Of a DNA stretch of 64,000 nucleotides, positions 47,057 to 55,739 are shown one piece after another. The first letter of the stretch is position 1. Every line of letters begins with the position of its first letter. Source of the DNA: a virus. The notes under the pieces were generated by a model that had not been told where the DNA came from, searched no databases, and saw nothing but the letters and a program-made list of their open reading frames with translations. The position numbers and the translations under genes were made by a program. The stretch covers positions 1 through 64,000 of the IMG/VR virus record IMGVR_UViG_3300021962_000040, one strand, 5' to 3'.

Positions 47057-47970
47057 TGCCAATAGGTTCAGGAAGTATATCAGCAACAGGTATTAACTTG
47101 GAATTAGGTAGATCCTCTAATGCAGCTTTATCAATAGATACTGCTGAGAATGGGGGTTATGTTGCTATAAACTCCTGTAGTCCTTTTAGACCTAGTTCTT
47201 CAAATCCTGCTTCATATAGTGAATGGAGGAGATATGATCATGCATATGCTTGTTGCAATGCTCCTACAATTACATCTGTTACTGCAGGAACAAGTTCACT
47301 TACAGTAAACTTTTCTACAAGCAACTGTACAGCTGTTCATTTGGAATATAGCACCAATGGTTCTAGTTGGAGTACAACTACTGTAGGATGTTCATCACCA
47401 CAAACCATAGGAGGACTTGCTTCTGGTACAAGTTATATAGTTAGAATGAGAATTACCTGTACATCAACAGGTGGATATTCTTCTTATTCTAACGCAACAA
47501 CAATGTCTACAAGTGCATCATATCCTGCATATGGTACGTATCTTTCAAGTTATTGTTCAGGTTGTACTTTGTATTATAGATATGCTAATGGATCTGGTGG
47601 ATCTTATGATGTAAGTCAAGGATGTTCTACAAGTTGTGGAGGATGTTGTTGTGCAAGTGCAGCTGGTACATATCTTTATCAGAATTGCTCCGGTTGTGAT
47701 TTATATAACTATTATGCAGATGGTTGTTATGGAACTTATTCTAGTTTTGTAGAATCTAATTCACCAACTTGTGGTTGTGGAGGAGGAGGTACATCATGGT
47801 GTCAATTTGGACAAACAGAAGGTACAGGGTATTATAATTATGTAAATTGTCAAGGACAGATGATTGAGGGAGAGGCTTATTGGGCTTATGATTTATTAGA
47901 TTGTATAGATATTTTTCAACCATTCAGAGGTGTAAGACCTTTAGGAACTGATTGCTCATTCATGCTTTAA
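47056..47970 (+). CDS. Cys-rich FN3-containing fibre-associated protein
   Basis: SGSIS...INLELGR N-terminus, FN3-like GLASGTSYIVRMR, two YGTYL..YCSGC.LY..YA.G repeats. Confidence 0.65.
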   Translation: MPIGSGSISATGINLELGRSSNAALSIDTAENGGYVAINSCSPFRPSSSNPASYSEWRRYDHAYACCNAPTITSVTAGTSSLTVNFSTSNCTAVHLEYSTNGSSWSTTTVGCSSPQTIGGLASGTSYIVRMRITCTSTGGYSSYSNATTMSTSASYPAYGTYLSSYCSGCTLYYRYANGSGGSYDVSQGCSTSCGGCCCASAAGTYLYQNCSGCDLYNYYADGCYGTYSSFVESNSPTCGCGGGGTSWCQFGQTEGTGYYNYVNCQGQMIEGEAYWAYDLLDCIDIFQPFRGVRPLGTDCSFML

Positions 47971-47980
47971 AAAATAAATT

Positions 47981-48238
47981 ATGACAAATTTAAATTCATA
48001 TACTGTTGATAATCATGTTTATAGTTTAAATCAAAACTATCAACTTGGTAAAGATTTGGTTAAACTTGTAATGATAACCAATATAAATGATACTATATTT
48101 TTCTTTTGTGAGAAACAAGATGGAGTATATCTTGGACATATAGATCAAACAACTTCTATTGAAATGAAAACAATTCCTGTGAATGCTTTAGTTTTTCACA
48201 GAAGTATACTAAAATCTCTTTTGAATAATAATAATTAA
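47981..48238 (+). CDS. hypothetical protein
   Basis: 85 aa ORF. Confidence 0.5.
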   Translation: MTNLNSYTVDNHVYSLNQNYQLGKDLVKLVMITNINDTIFFFCEKQDGVYLGHIDQTTSIEMKTIPVNALVFHRSILKSLLNNNN

Positions 48239-48277
48239 TTTACTAAGTTTGTTAAACCAAAAATTAAATTTAAAAAA

Positions 48278-48781
48278 ATGGCACTAAAGATCACAAAAAA
48301 AATTGGCACAGATCAGGGTATTACTTCTGAAGCCTATGTCCGTATTGTTAATTATAATATCAACAAAAACGGAATTGCAAACTTTGCACTTCAAACTTTT
48401 TTAAGTCAGAATGATGTTCCCTCTTTAATTTCAAATACACCTGGTGCCCCAGGTAGTGTGAGAAATAATGCAATTGGGGATACTTTCCAAACCTTTTTAC
48501 AAAAAGAAGTAGAGGAGAAATTCATGATTACAAAACCAGTAACTAAAGAAGTAGATGTTGAACAAACACTTACTACTACAGATGCTGATGGTAATCCTGT
48601 AACCGAAACTGTTATTCAGAAAGCTATCCAAACTGTGTTGGAAGAGGTTGAAGAAACCCGTGTTGCACTTGTTCCAGATCTTTCTCTTTTAGCAGGTCAA
48701 GATATTTTTCAGTATGCTTATGGTAAGCTTAAAGAGAAATTAGTTGCTGAGTTTGGAGCAAGTTATGTGAAAGATTGTTAG
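48278..48781 (+). CDS. hypothetical tail-module protein
   Basis: 167 aa; TAAGTTTG promoter-like element and AAACCAAAA leader upstream. Confidence 0.65.
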   Translation: MALKITKKIGTDQGITSEAYVRIVNYNINKNGIANFALQTFLSQNDVPSLISNTPGAPGSVRNNAIGDTFQTFLQKEVEEKFMITKPVTKEVDVEQTLTTTDADGNPVTETVIQKAIQTVLEEVEETRVALVPDLSLLAGQDIFQYAYGKLKEKLVAEFGASYVKDC

Positions 48782-48838
48782 AATGTTTTGAAATAAAGAA
48801 ACATTTTATATATTTGTAAAACATTAATAATTGATACC

Positions 48839-49132
48839 ATGGCAAAAAAATCAACAAAAGAGGAAGTTAAGAAACTAACTGGAGAAGAGTTAGAGCAACT
48901 TCAGAGTTTAAATTCTACTTATCAAAACATTGTAGGTAACCTTGGAAACATTGAGATTGCCAAGTTTGACCTATTAAATGAGTTAACTTCTGTTAAACTC
49001 AAAATGAATGAGTTTACTTCTACCTTACAAGAAAAGTACGGAGATGTGACTATTTCAATTTTTGATGGTACAATCACTGACCCTGAAGCAGTTACTGAAG
49101 GACCTCAAATGCAAGTGGTAAGACCTGAATAA
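48839..49132 (+). CDS. coiled-coil hypothetical protein
   Basis: LQEKYGDVTISIFDG motif; TATATTTG at 48809. Confidence 0.65.
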   Translation: MAKKSTKEEVKKLTGEELEQLQSLNSTYQNIVGNLGNIEIAKFDLLNELTSVKLKMNEFTSTLQEKYGDVTISIFDGTITDPEAVTEGPQMQVVRPE

Positions 49133-49268
49133 ATTTCAGGTTTTACCTTCTGGTATTAGATTTTTTTTGTTTTACAACTTAATAATGATCAAACTTATTG
49201 TTTGGTTATTAAACTTTTTGTATATTATAGTATGTACCGGATGTTTGTACGTTGTAAAATAAAACCTT

Positions 49269-51686
49269 ATGATACCAGTAAATAATAAGCACATTGCACC
49301 TTGTTCACCAATTTCTTCAAATTGTGTTATCTGGCAGGGTCCAGATATTCCTTGTATCGGCATTTGTAATGGTGATACGGTAAGTGATGTAGTTGGTAAA
49401 TTGGGAGATGAGTTATGCTCCATTATAGATGCAACTTGTCAATGTAATCCTGACCTATCTGGTTTGGATTTAAGCTGTTTACCAGTAAATACCCCGTTAA
49501 ATTTAGAAGCTGTTCTTCAAGCAATTATAGACTATGTATGTAGTCTTAACCCTGGTGGAGGTGGTTCTTTACCTAATATTACTTTACCTACTTGTTTAAG
49601 ATACAATGATCCTTTAGGAAATCCTGTTACTCAGTTACCTTTGGATCAATTTGCAATATTGCTTGGTAATAAGATCTGTCTTATTTTATCTGACATTACT
49701 AACTTACAAGTAGCTGTTGCAAGTTTGCAAGCTAGAGTTACAATCTTAGAGAACTGTGTACTTCCTTGTACACCTTCTACTCCTGGAGGAGATATTGATA
49801 TTTTATCTGATTGTTTATTTCCTGGTACCTTAGTACCCATCTCTCAATTAGTATCTGCTCTTGAAGATGGTTTTTGTGCATTTAGAGATGCTGTAGGTTC
49901 AATAACTCTTATTAACTCTGCTATTTCTTCACAATGTTTATTTGGTAGTACTCCAAAATTAAGTGGTAATGGAAACTATGGTAGTACGGCTGGTTGGGTA
50001 AATACACCAACTACATTAGCAGAATCTAACATCAACCAATGGTTGGTGATTTGTGATTTATATGCTGCTATAAAAAGCATACAAGACAACTGTTGTGTTA
50101 CAGGATGTAATGGTGTTACATTTGATGTAACTTACACAACCATTGATCAAAACAATGACGGTGTTGTAGAAGCATTAGCTCTTGATTTCTCAGGTTCAAA
50201 CATTCCTTCAGGATTTACTGATTGCAATGGTGTAACTATCATGACTATCACTGATTCTATAGGTACATCAATTACAGTACCTGTAAACGTTACTTCTGCC
50301 TCAATGGGTTCTACCATCAATGTAAGCTTATCAGGTTTGAATACCTTGGCCGCTATCACATTGTCTATACCATTCTGTGTTACAGATAATACAAGTCAGT
50401 GTTCTGATAAACAAACCGTAATTATACCTTTAAATATTCCTTGTCCAGCAGTTACAGCAACTTCCGCATTAAATGACATTACTGTATCTTTCCCTAACAC
50501 TTTAGGAACAAGTGCAATATACTCAGTTGTAGCAATTGATACTACTACAGGAGCTACTTTAGGTCAAACTATTATAACTAACCCTGCAGCACTTGTTACT
50601 CATACATTTGGTGGAGCAATTGCTGGTAGAACTTATAACATTATTGTTACAGTAACTCAAGGTTCTTCTACTAAAACTTGTCCTGCTACAAGCGTTGTAG
50701 CTCAAGGTGGAACAACTGGTTATATAATTACTTTCTGTAAAGATAATACCACTGCTAATGTAACATGGACTGGTACGCCTCCTATAGTTGGAACTGTTTA
50801 CAAGTGGACTGATGGTGTACAATTTACAGATGAATGTATTACAGTATCAGCAGGACCTTTAAATTTACAAACAACTGCTTATAACGTAACTACATTAGAT
50901 ATTGTTTCTCAAACAAATTGTACAGTTTGTCAAGCAATTACACCTTCTTTTAACTGTGTCTCAGGTAACTGTGTAGATCCGGGAGATGGAACAGGTGCTT
51001 ATGCTACTTTATTAGACTGTCAACTTAATTGTATTTCACCAGCACCTATATCATATAATTGTCAATCAGGAAACTGCGTAGATCCTGGAGATGGTTCTGG
51101 TACATACTCAACTTTAGCTGCATGTCAAGCCGTATGTTCAGTACCTCCGGTTACTACATATAACTGTGTTTCAGGCAACTGTGTTTCTGTATCTGGTAGC
51201 AGTGGAACTTATACTACATTAGCAGCTTGTCAATTAAACTGTGCTCCTCCTGTTCCTCAAACTTATAACTGTATTTCAGGAAACTGCGTAGATCCGCTTG
51301 ATGGAACCGGTACATATAGTTCTCTTGTAGCTTGTCAAGCAGCATGTGCTTCTCCTAAACCTGAAGTATCTGGTGTAACAGGTTACATGGAACCATGTAT
51401 TGGTGGTACCATTGATGATCACATGGGAGCTTCTGTAACCTTAAGTCAAACTGTTGCTGTAGATACTCAGTTTGATGTAGTAATTGGATATACAGATTTA
51501 AATGGAAGTTGTAATAATCCTTTATATCTTCAAAATATTGTTGTTGAAATATTGGCTGGACAATCTACTTCAAACTTTATTGCATGTAACAATGGGGTTT
51601 ATATTCCTAGTGGTGCTTTAATTTGTACTGCATGTATTACTGCTTGTAATAATCCTGATGTTGATATTGCTTCTTTTTCATGTTAA
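49269..51686 (+). CDS. large Cys-rich structural protein with four tandem Cys repeats
   Basis: CSPISSNCVIWQGPDIPC N-terminus; [YF]NC.SGNCV....G.G.Y.TL..CQ..C x4. Confidence 0.75.
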   Translation: MIPVNNKHIAPCSPISSNCVIWQGPDIPCIGICNGDTVSDVVGKLGDELCSIIDATCQCNPDLSGLDLSCLPVNTPLNLEAVLQAIIDYVCSLNPGGGGSLPNITLPTCLRYNDPLGNPVTQLPLDQFAILLGNKICLILSDITNLQVAVASLQARVTILENCVLPCTPSTPGGDIDILSDCLFPGTLVPISQLVSALEDGFCAFRDAVGSITLINSAISSQCLFGSTPKLSGNGNYGSTAGWVNTPTTLAESNINQWLVICDLYAAIKSIQDNCCVTGCNGVTFDVTYTTIDQNNDGVVEALALDFSGSNIPSGFTDCNGVTIMTITDSIGTSITVPVNVTSASMGSTINVSLSGLNTLAAITLSIPFCVTDNTSQCSDKQTVIIPLNIPCPAVTATSALNDITVSFPNTLGTSAIYSVVAIDTTTGATLGQTIITNPAALVTHTFGGAIAGRTYNIIVTVTQGSSTKTCPATSVVAQGGTTGYIITFCKDNTTANVTWTGTPPIVGTVYKWTDGVQFTDECITVSAGPLNLQTTAYNVTTLDIVSQTNCTVCQAITPSFNCVSGNCVDPGDGTGAYATLLDCQLNCISPAPISYNCQSGNCVDPGDGSGTYSTLAACQAVCSVPPVTTYNCVSGNCVSVSGSSGTYTTLAACQLNCAPPVPQTYNCISGNCVDPLDGTGTYSSLVACQAACASPKPEVSGVTGYMEPCIGGTIDDHMGASVTLSQTVAVDTQFDVVIGYTDLNGSCNNPLYLQNIVVEILAGQSTSNFIACNNGVYIPSGALICTACITACNNPDVDIASFSC

Positions 51687-51703
51687 AATAAATATTTATA
51701 AAT

Positions 51704-52267
51704 ATGGCTTGTAATTGTAATAAATGTAATCCTAATAAACCTTGTGGCTGTAATGATTCTGCTTTACATGCCCCATGTTCTTACACTGATTGCAGTGTAG
51801 GAAGTGAAAGGTGTGAGGATGTTCAGTGTGCAGAATGTGTAAGTTACTGCGGCACTAGCTTTAGAATTGTAGATGGAACTAATATCTTTCAGATTAGTGA
51901 AGGAGATAGACTTGATATGATTCTTCAAAAGCTTTCATTAATTCTTATAAACGGATTTGGACCTTGCAATGCTGATAATGTTCATCATGCTCCATATAAT
52001 GTCTATGCCACTAATATTACAAATACTGGTGTTACCATCTTATGGAATAATGAATCATCATTAACAACAGGTATAAGTGTATACTATGATACAGTAACAT
52101 CACCATCTGGTTGGGTATTGGCAAACTCTATTCCTGTGGCTCCTACAGTTCTTACATATCAATTAGCTAACCTTACTCCGTCTACCCAATATAAAATCAA
52201 ATTAGTATCTAATGATGGGACTACACTTTGCAATAGTGTTGAAATTTTAATCACAACACTTGCTTAA
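51704..52267 (+). CDS. Cys-rich FN3-domain protein
   Basis: MACNCNKC..; AP.NV..TNIT..GVTILW...NLTPSTQY.IKL. Confidence 0.7.
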   Translation: MACNCNKCNPNKPCGCNDSALHAPCSYTDCSVGSERCEDVQCAECVSYCGTSFRIVDGTNIFQISEGDRLDMILQKLSLILINGFGPCNADNVHHAPYNVYATNITNTGVTILWNNESSLTTGISVYYDTVTSPSGWVLANSIPVAPTVLTYQLANLTPSTQYKIKLVSNDGTTLCNSVEILITTLA

Positions 52268-52273
52268 GATAAA

Positions 52274-52344
52274 CAACAAGTGATAGTTTGTTGGTTTTCT
52301 GTCACACCTGTTGGAGAGGTCCTGGTAACAGGGCCTCTTTTTTT
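52274..52344 (+). ncRNA. putative small RNA: hairpin with UUUGUUGGUUUU loop plus intrinsic terminator
   Basis: CAACA..GTGATAG-[TTTGTTGGTTTT]-CTGTCAC..TGTTG, then GAGAGGTCCTG-GTAA-CAGGGCCTCTTTTTTTT. Confidence 0.55.
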
Positions 52345-52389
52345 ATAAAAAAAATAGTATATTTACATCAGAATCTTTAACAAAATCCT

Positions 52390-53568
52390 ATGAATAATAT
52401 AGAAAAAAAGGTTATAGAATCCTTAAAATGGAAAAAACATCCTAGCTATTGTGCACACAGACTGGGATTATCTGAGTCTGAATATTGTCAGATCAGAGAT
52501 AAAGTTAGAAAAAATCATATTAAAGGTCAAGCTTCCAGACAATATAATTTGGACAAAGGGGAAGCAAAATTAGAAGCCTTAGTAACTTTTGAACCAAAAA
52601 ACCCTGATGAAATTATTAAGCTTTTAAACATTAATCCAAAAGAATGGAAGCTTTCTTCATATTGGAATAAACAAGTTCAAGAAGGTTGGAGAATTTCAGC
52701 TCTTGTTACAAAGATTAAAGAAAGTGATGAGGGTAAACTCTTTGAACAACTTTTAAGTAAATGGAATCCTAAAAAACATTACATTGATTCTAAACCAAAA
52801 GTAAATAAAAATTTACCAGATGTATGTGGAGTTATTTCAATGCAAGATATTCATTTTGGTAAGGAAGGTAATACTTTTATTGATCTAGATTTTGAATTAG
52901 CAATAGAAGATTTAATGCAACGGGGTAGTCTATCCCACAATATAAAGGTTCTTTACTTTGTCATAGGAGGTGATCTTATTAATATGGATACCTTTGCCGG
53001 TACAACAACGTCAGGAACACCTTTAGATAACTCTATGAAAGCAACAGATGCTTATGTACAAGCATTTGATTCTATGCACTGGGCTGTTGAATATATGGCC
53101 GGTTATTGTGAGAAACTAGTCATTGTTTATTTGCCAGGTAATCATGATAGATTATCATCATTCCATTTAGCACATGCTTTATCTAAATCAATCCAAGGTC
53201 CCAATATTGAATGGGATGTTGATTATGCTGAAAGAAAGGTGCATGTATGGGGTGAAAACTTTAATGCCTTTGAGCATGGTGATGTTAAGTCAAAAAGCAC
53301 GCCTTTAGTTTATGCTACAGAGTTTCCGTTTCACTGGGGTAGTACAAAGTTCAGAACCTTATTTACAGGCCACTACCATCAAAACAAGAAGGTGGAATAC
53401 TTAACAACAAGTGAGGAAGTAGGGTTTGTTCAAAAAACTCTACCTAGTCTTTGTAAGACGGACTACTACCATTATCATAACAAATATGTAGGTAATAGGA
53501 GATCAGCTGTGCTTGAGCTTCAATCATATACAAAAGGAACTGTCTGTGAATTGGTTTATTCTGCATAA
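52390..53568 (+). CDS. calcineurin-like metallophosphoesterase
   Basis: DIHFG, GGD, PGNHD, HGD, GHYH. Confidence 0.85.
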   Translation: MNNIEKKVIESLKWKKHPSYCAHRLGLSESEYCQIRDKVRKNHIKGQASRQYNLDKGEAKLEALVTFEPKNPDEIIKLLNINPKEWKLSSYWNKQVQEGWRISALVTKIKESDEGKLFEQLLSKWNPKKHYIDSKPKVNKNLPDVCGVISMQDIHFGKEGNTFIDLDFELAIEDLMQRGSLSHNIKVLYFVIGGDLINMDTFAGTTTSGTPLDNSMKATDAYVQAFDSMHWAVEYMAGYCEKLVIVYLPGNHDRLSSFHLAHALSKSIQGPNIEWDVDYAERKVHVWGENFNAFEHGDVKSKSTPLVYATEFPFHWGSTKFRTLFTGHYHQNKKVEYLTTSEEVGFVQKTLPSLCKTDYYHYHNKYVGNRRSAVLELQSYTKGTVCELVYSA

Positions 53569-53616
53569 AGTCTTTTTTAAGTGCTTAATTTTTTGTAAAT
53601 TATAAATGTCAACTAT

Positions 53617-54150
53617 ATGATAAATAACTTTAAAGGACCGGATCTAAATGCTCCCCGCTACAGGGAGAAAAGGTTGGGTCTACTAAATAGCAAAACAATA
53701 AGAGAGTTCAAGGATAAGTACCCTATTTATGAAAATGTTGACAATGAGAAACTAAAAAGTATAATAAGGATATTTAACAGACAAGTGTGGGAAGCTGTAA
53801 TTAAATATAGAGATGGAGTAGAATTACCAGATTCACTTGGTTATTTGTTCATAGGAACATGTGCACCAAGCAAGTCTGTGAATACTAATTATGCTTTATC
53901 AAAGCAGTATGGAAAAGTACTGCAGAATAAGAACTGGGAAACTGATGGTAATTTGGGTAAAATCTTTTATACCAATTGGTCCACCAAGTATAAGTTTAAG
54001 AACCGTGAGTTGTGGAGATTTGAAGCAGTTAGAGACTTTAAAAGAACTGTTGCTAAAGAATATCCTGAGAACTGGACTAAGTATGTGTTTATGAAAAACA
54101 AATACAGAGTAGCTCACTTATACTCCGCCAAAACTGCTGAAAAAGTATAG
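53617..54150 (+). CDS. HU/IHF-like protein of the crAss tail module
   Basis: DGVELPDSLGYLFI motif; located before the ring genes. Confidence 0.5.
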   Translation: MINNFKGPDLNAPRYREKRLGLLNSKTIREFKDKYPIYENVDNEKLKSIIRIFNRQVWEAVIKYRDGVELPDSLGYLFIGTCAPSKSVNTNYALSKQYGKVLQNKNWETDGNLGKIFYTNWSTKYKFKNRELWRFEAVRDFKRTVAKEYPENWTKYVFMKNKYRVAHLYSAKTAEKV

Positions 54151-54177
54151 TTTTGGCTAACTATAAAAATTAAAAAC

Positions 54178-54843
54178 ATGGCAACAATTGCAGACGTAGT
54201 ATCAAGAATAAGGGGTCAAATAAAGGCAGAAAGTCAAGATGCTTTTACTACTGACCGATACATATATAGCCTTATCCAGAAGTTTTCTCAAGTATTAATG
54301 AGAAGACAAGACTTTGCTAATAAGTTAATGAAGTTTAACTCAATATGGAAAACTCTTCCTTATGTAGAACTTATTGAAGTAGATAAAGTAGAAGCTCATT
54401 GTTCAGGCATTCAAAGTGGCTGTACAATTATGAGAACAAAGAATCCATTGCCTGATATGATTGAAGGTTACTGGGGCCCATTGATTAGAAGTATTACTTC
54501 AATTGACGGTTCTCAAGAATTACAACCTACTCAACCAGCTACCTATCTGTCAATGACAAAGACAACATCTTTTAGATATAATACAACCAAGTACTTTTGG
54601 TTTATTGATCATCACATTTACTTTCCAGATTTGGAATGGGATGCTGTTAAGATAGAAGCTGTTTTTGATTCAGACATTTCAGCTTGGCAATGTGATGATA
54701 AGTGCGTTCCAATATATGAGCAAGACATCAATATTCCAGAATCTTTATTTGCTGAGGTTGAATCTCAAGTTTTAACTGTGATGAGTAATACTTTGAGAAT
54801 TCCTTCAGAAGATTCTGATAACAAAATAAATCCCCATAGATAA
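54178..54843 (+). CDS. tail ring protein
   Basis: 221 aa, crAss tail-module position; ends P.ED.DN. Confidence 0.55.
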   Translation: MATIADVVSRIRGQIKAESQDAFTTDRYIYSLIQKFSQVLMRRQDFANKLMKFNSIWKTLPYVELIEVDKVEAHCSGIQSGCTIMRTKNPLPDMIEGYWGPLIRSITSIDGSQELQPTQPATYLSMTKTTSFRYNTTKYFWFIDHHIYFPDLEWDAVKIEAVFDSDISAWQCDDKCVPIYEQDINIPESLFAEVESQVLTVMSNTLRIPSEDSDNKINPHR

Positions 54844-55730
54844 TGGCAATCTCTCATAAATATAGAACCTTTGATCAACTGTACAATGATGTTACAGTTG
54901 ATTTTGCTGCATATGCTCTAGAGGGTTTTATAGACCCTCAGCAATTGATTAAAGTAGCTACTAGAGTTAATTATGATTTGGGTCTAAGAATTCATAGAAC
55001 TAAAGAAGTAGTGTTAGATGTTGAGCATGGTAAGGCTAGATTGCCTTATGACTTTGCCTATTTAAACTATGCATTTAGATGTGGCAGCTATACAGTTGCT
55101 GACAGACAACCAAGTGGTACTCACATTGAAACATTTAATGATGTTCCTTATGTACCAGCTCCAGGAGAATCTGGTCCATGTAAAGACCCTACCTGCAAAG
55201 ATGTATGTGTTATAAAGACTTGTGATAATAAGAATGAATATCAGATTGTTCAAAAAGTAGGTGGTGCAAATCAGTATAGAGTATTTACTGCTTTTGTTCC
55301 ATTGAGAATGAACACTGTTAATAAGTTTACTTGTGACTGTCCTAATATTAATGAGCAGGCGGCAGATGTTGCTGAAATCAAGGATGGTTTTATTCTAACC
55401 TCTTTTACTACAGGTAAGGTTTATTTAAACTATCAAGGGGCAATGGAAGATACTGATGGAAATTTGCTTGTCTTAGATCATCCTTATTGTAATGAATACT
55501 ATGAATACGCATTAAAGCAAAGAGTCATAGAAAATATGATTTTTGCTGGTGAAAATCTAGGCAGTCAGTTGACATTGATTGAGCAGAGATTAAGAGCTGC
55601 TAGAAACAATGCATTGAGTTTTGTTAATACCCCAGACTTTAGAGAACTATATGAAGTATGGTGGAATAACAGAAGAGCTCAATATCATAATTATTATAAC
55701 ATGTTTAAAAGTCATCCAGTGATTGGATAA
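54843..55730 (+). CDS. tail tubular/ring protein
   Basis: GKARLP.DF, GKVYLNY; directly before the stabilisation protein. Confidence 0.55.
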   Translation: MAISHKYRTFDQLYNDVTVDFAAYALEGFIDPQQLIKVATRVNYDLGLRIHRTKEVVLDVEHGKARLPYDFAYLNYAFRCGSYTVADRQPSGTHIETFNDVPYVPAPGESGPCKDPTCKDVCVIKTCDNKNEYQIVQKVGGANQYRVFTAFVPLRMNTVNKFTCDCPNINEQAADVAEIKDGFILTSFTTGKVYLNYQGAMEDTDGNLLVLDHPYCNEYYEYALKQRVIENMIFAGENLGSQLTLIEQRLRAARNNALSFVNTPDFRELYEVWWNNRRAQYHNYYNMFKSHPVIG

Positions 55731-55739
55731 TAATTTATT

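Noticed and set aside
39911-52267. Diversity-generating retroelement acting on the fibres
   Set aside because: No reverse transcriptase in the window, and repeats differ at synonymous sites rather than specifically at adenines.
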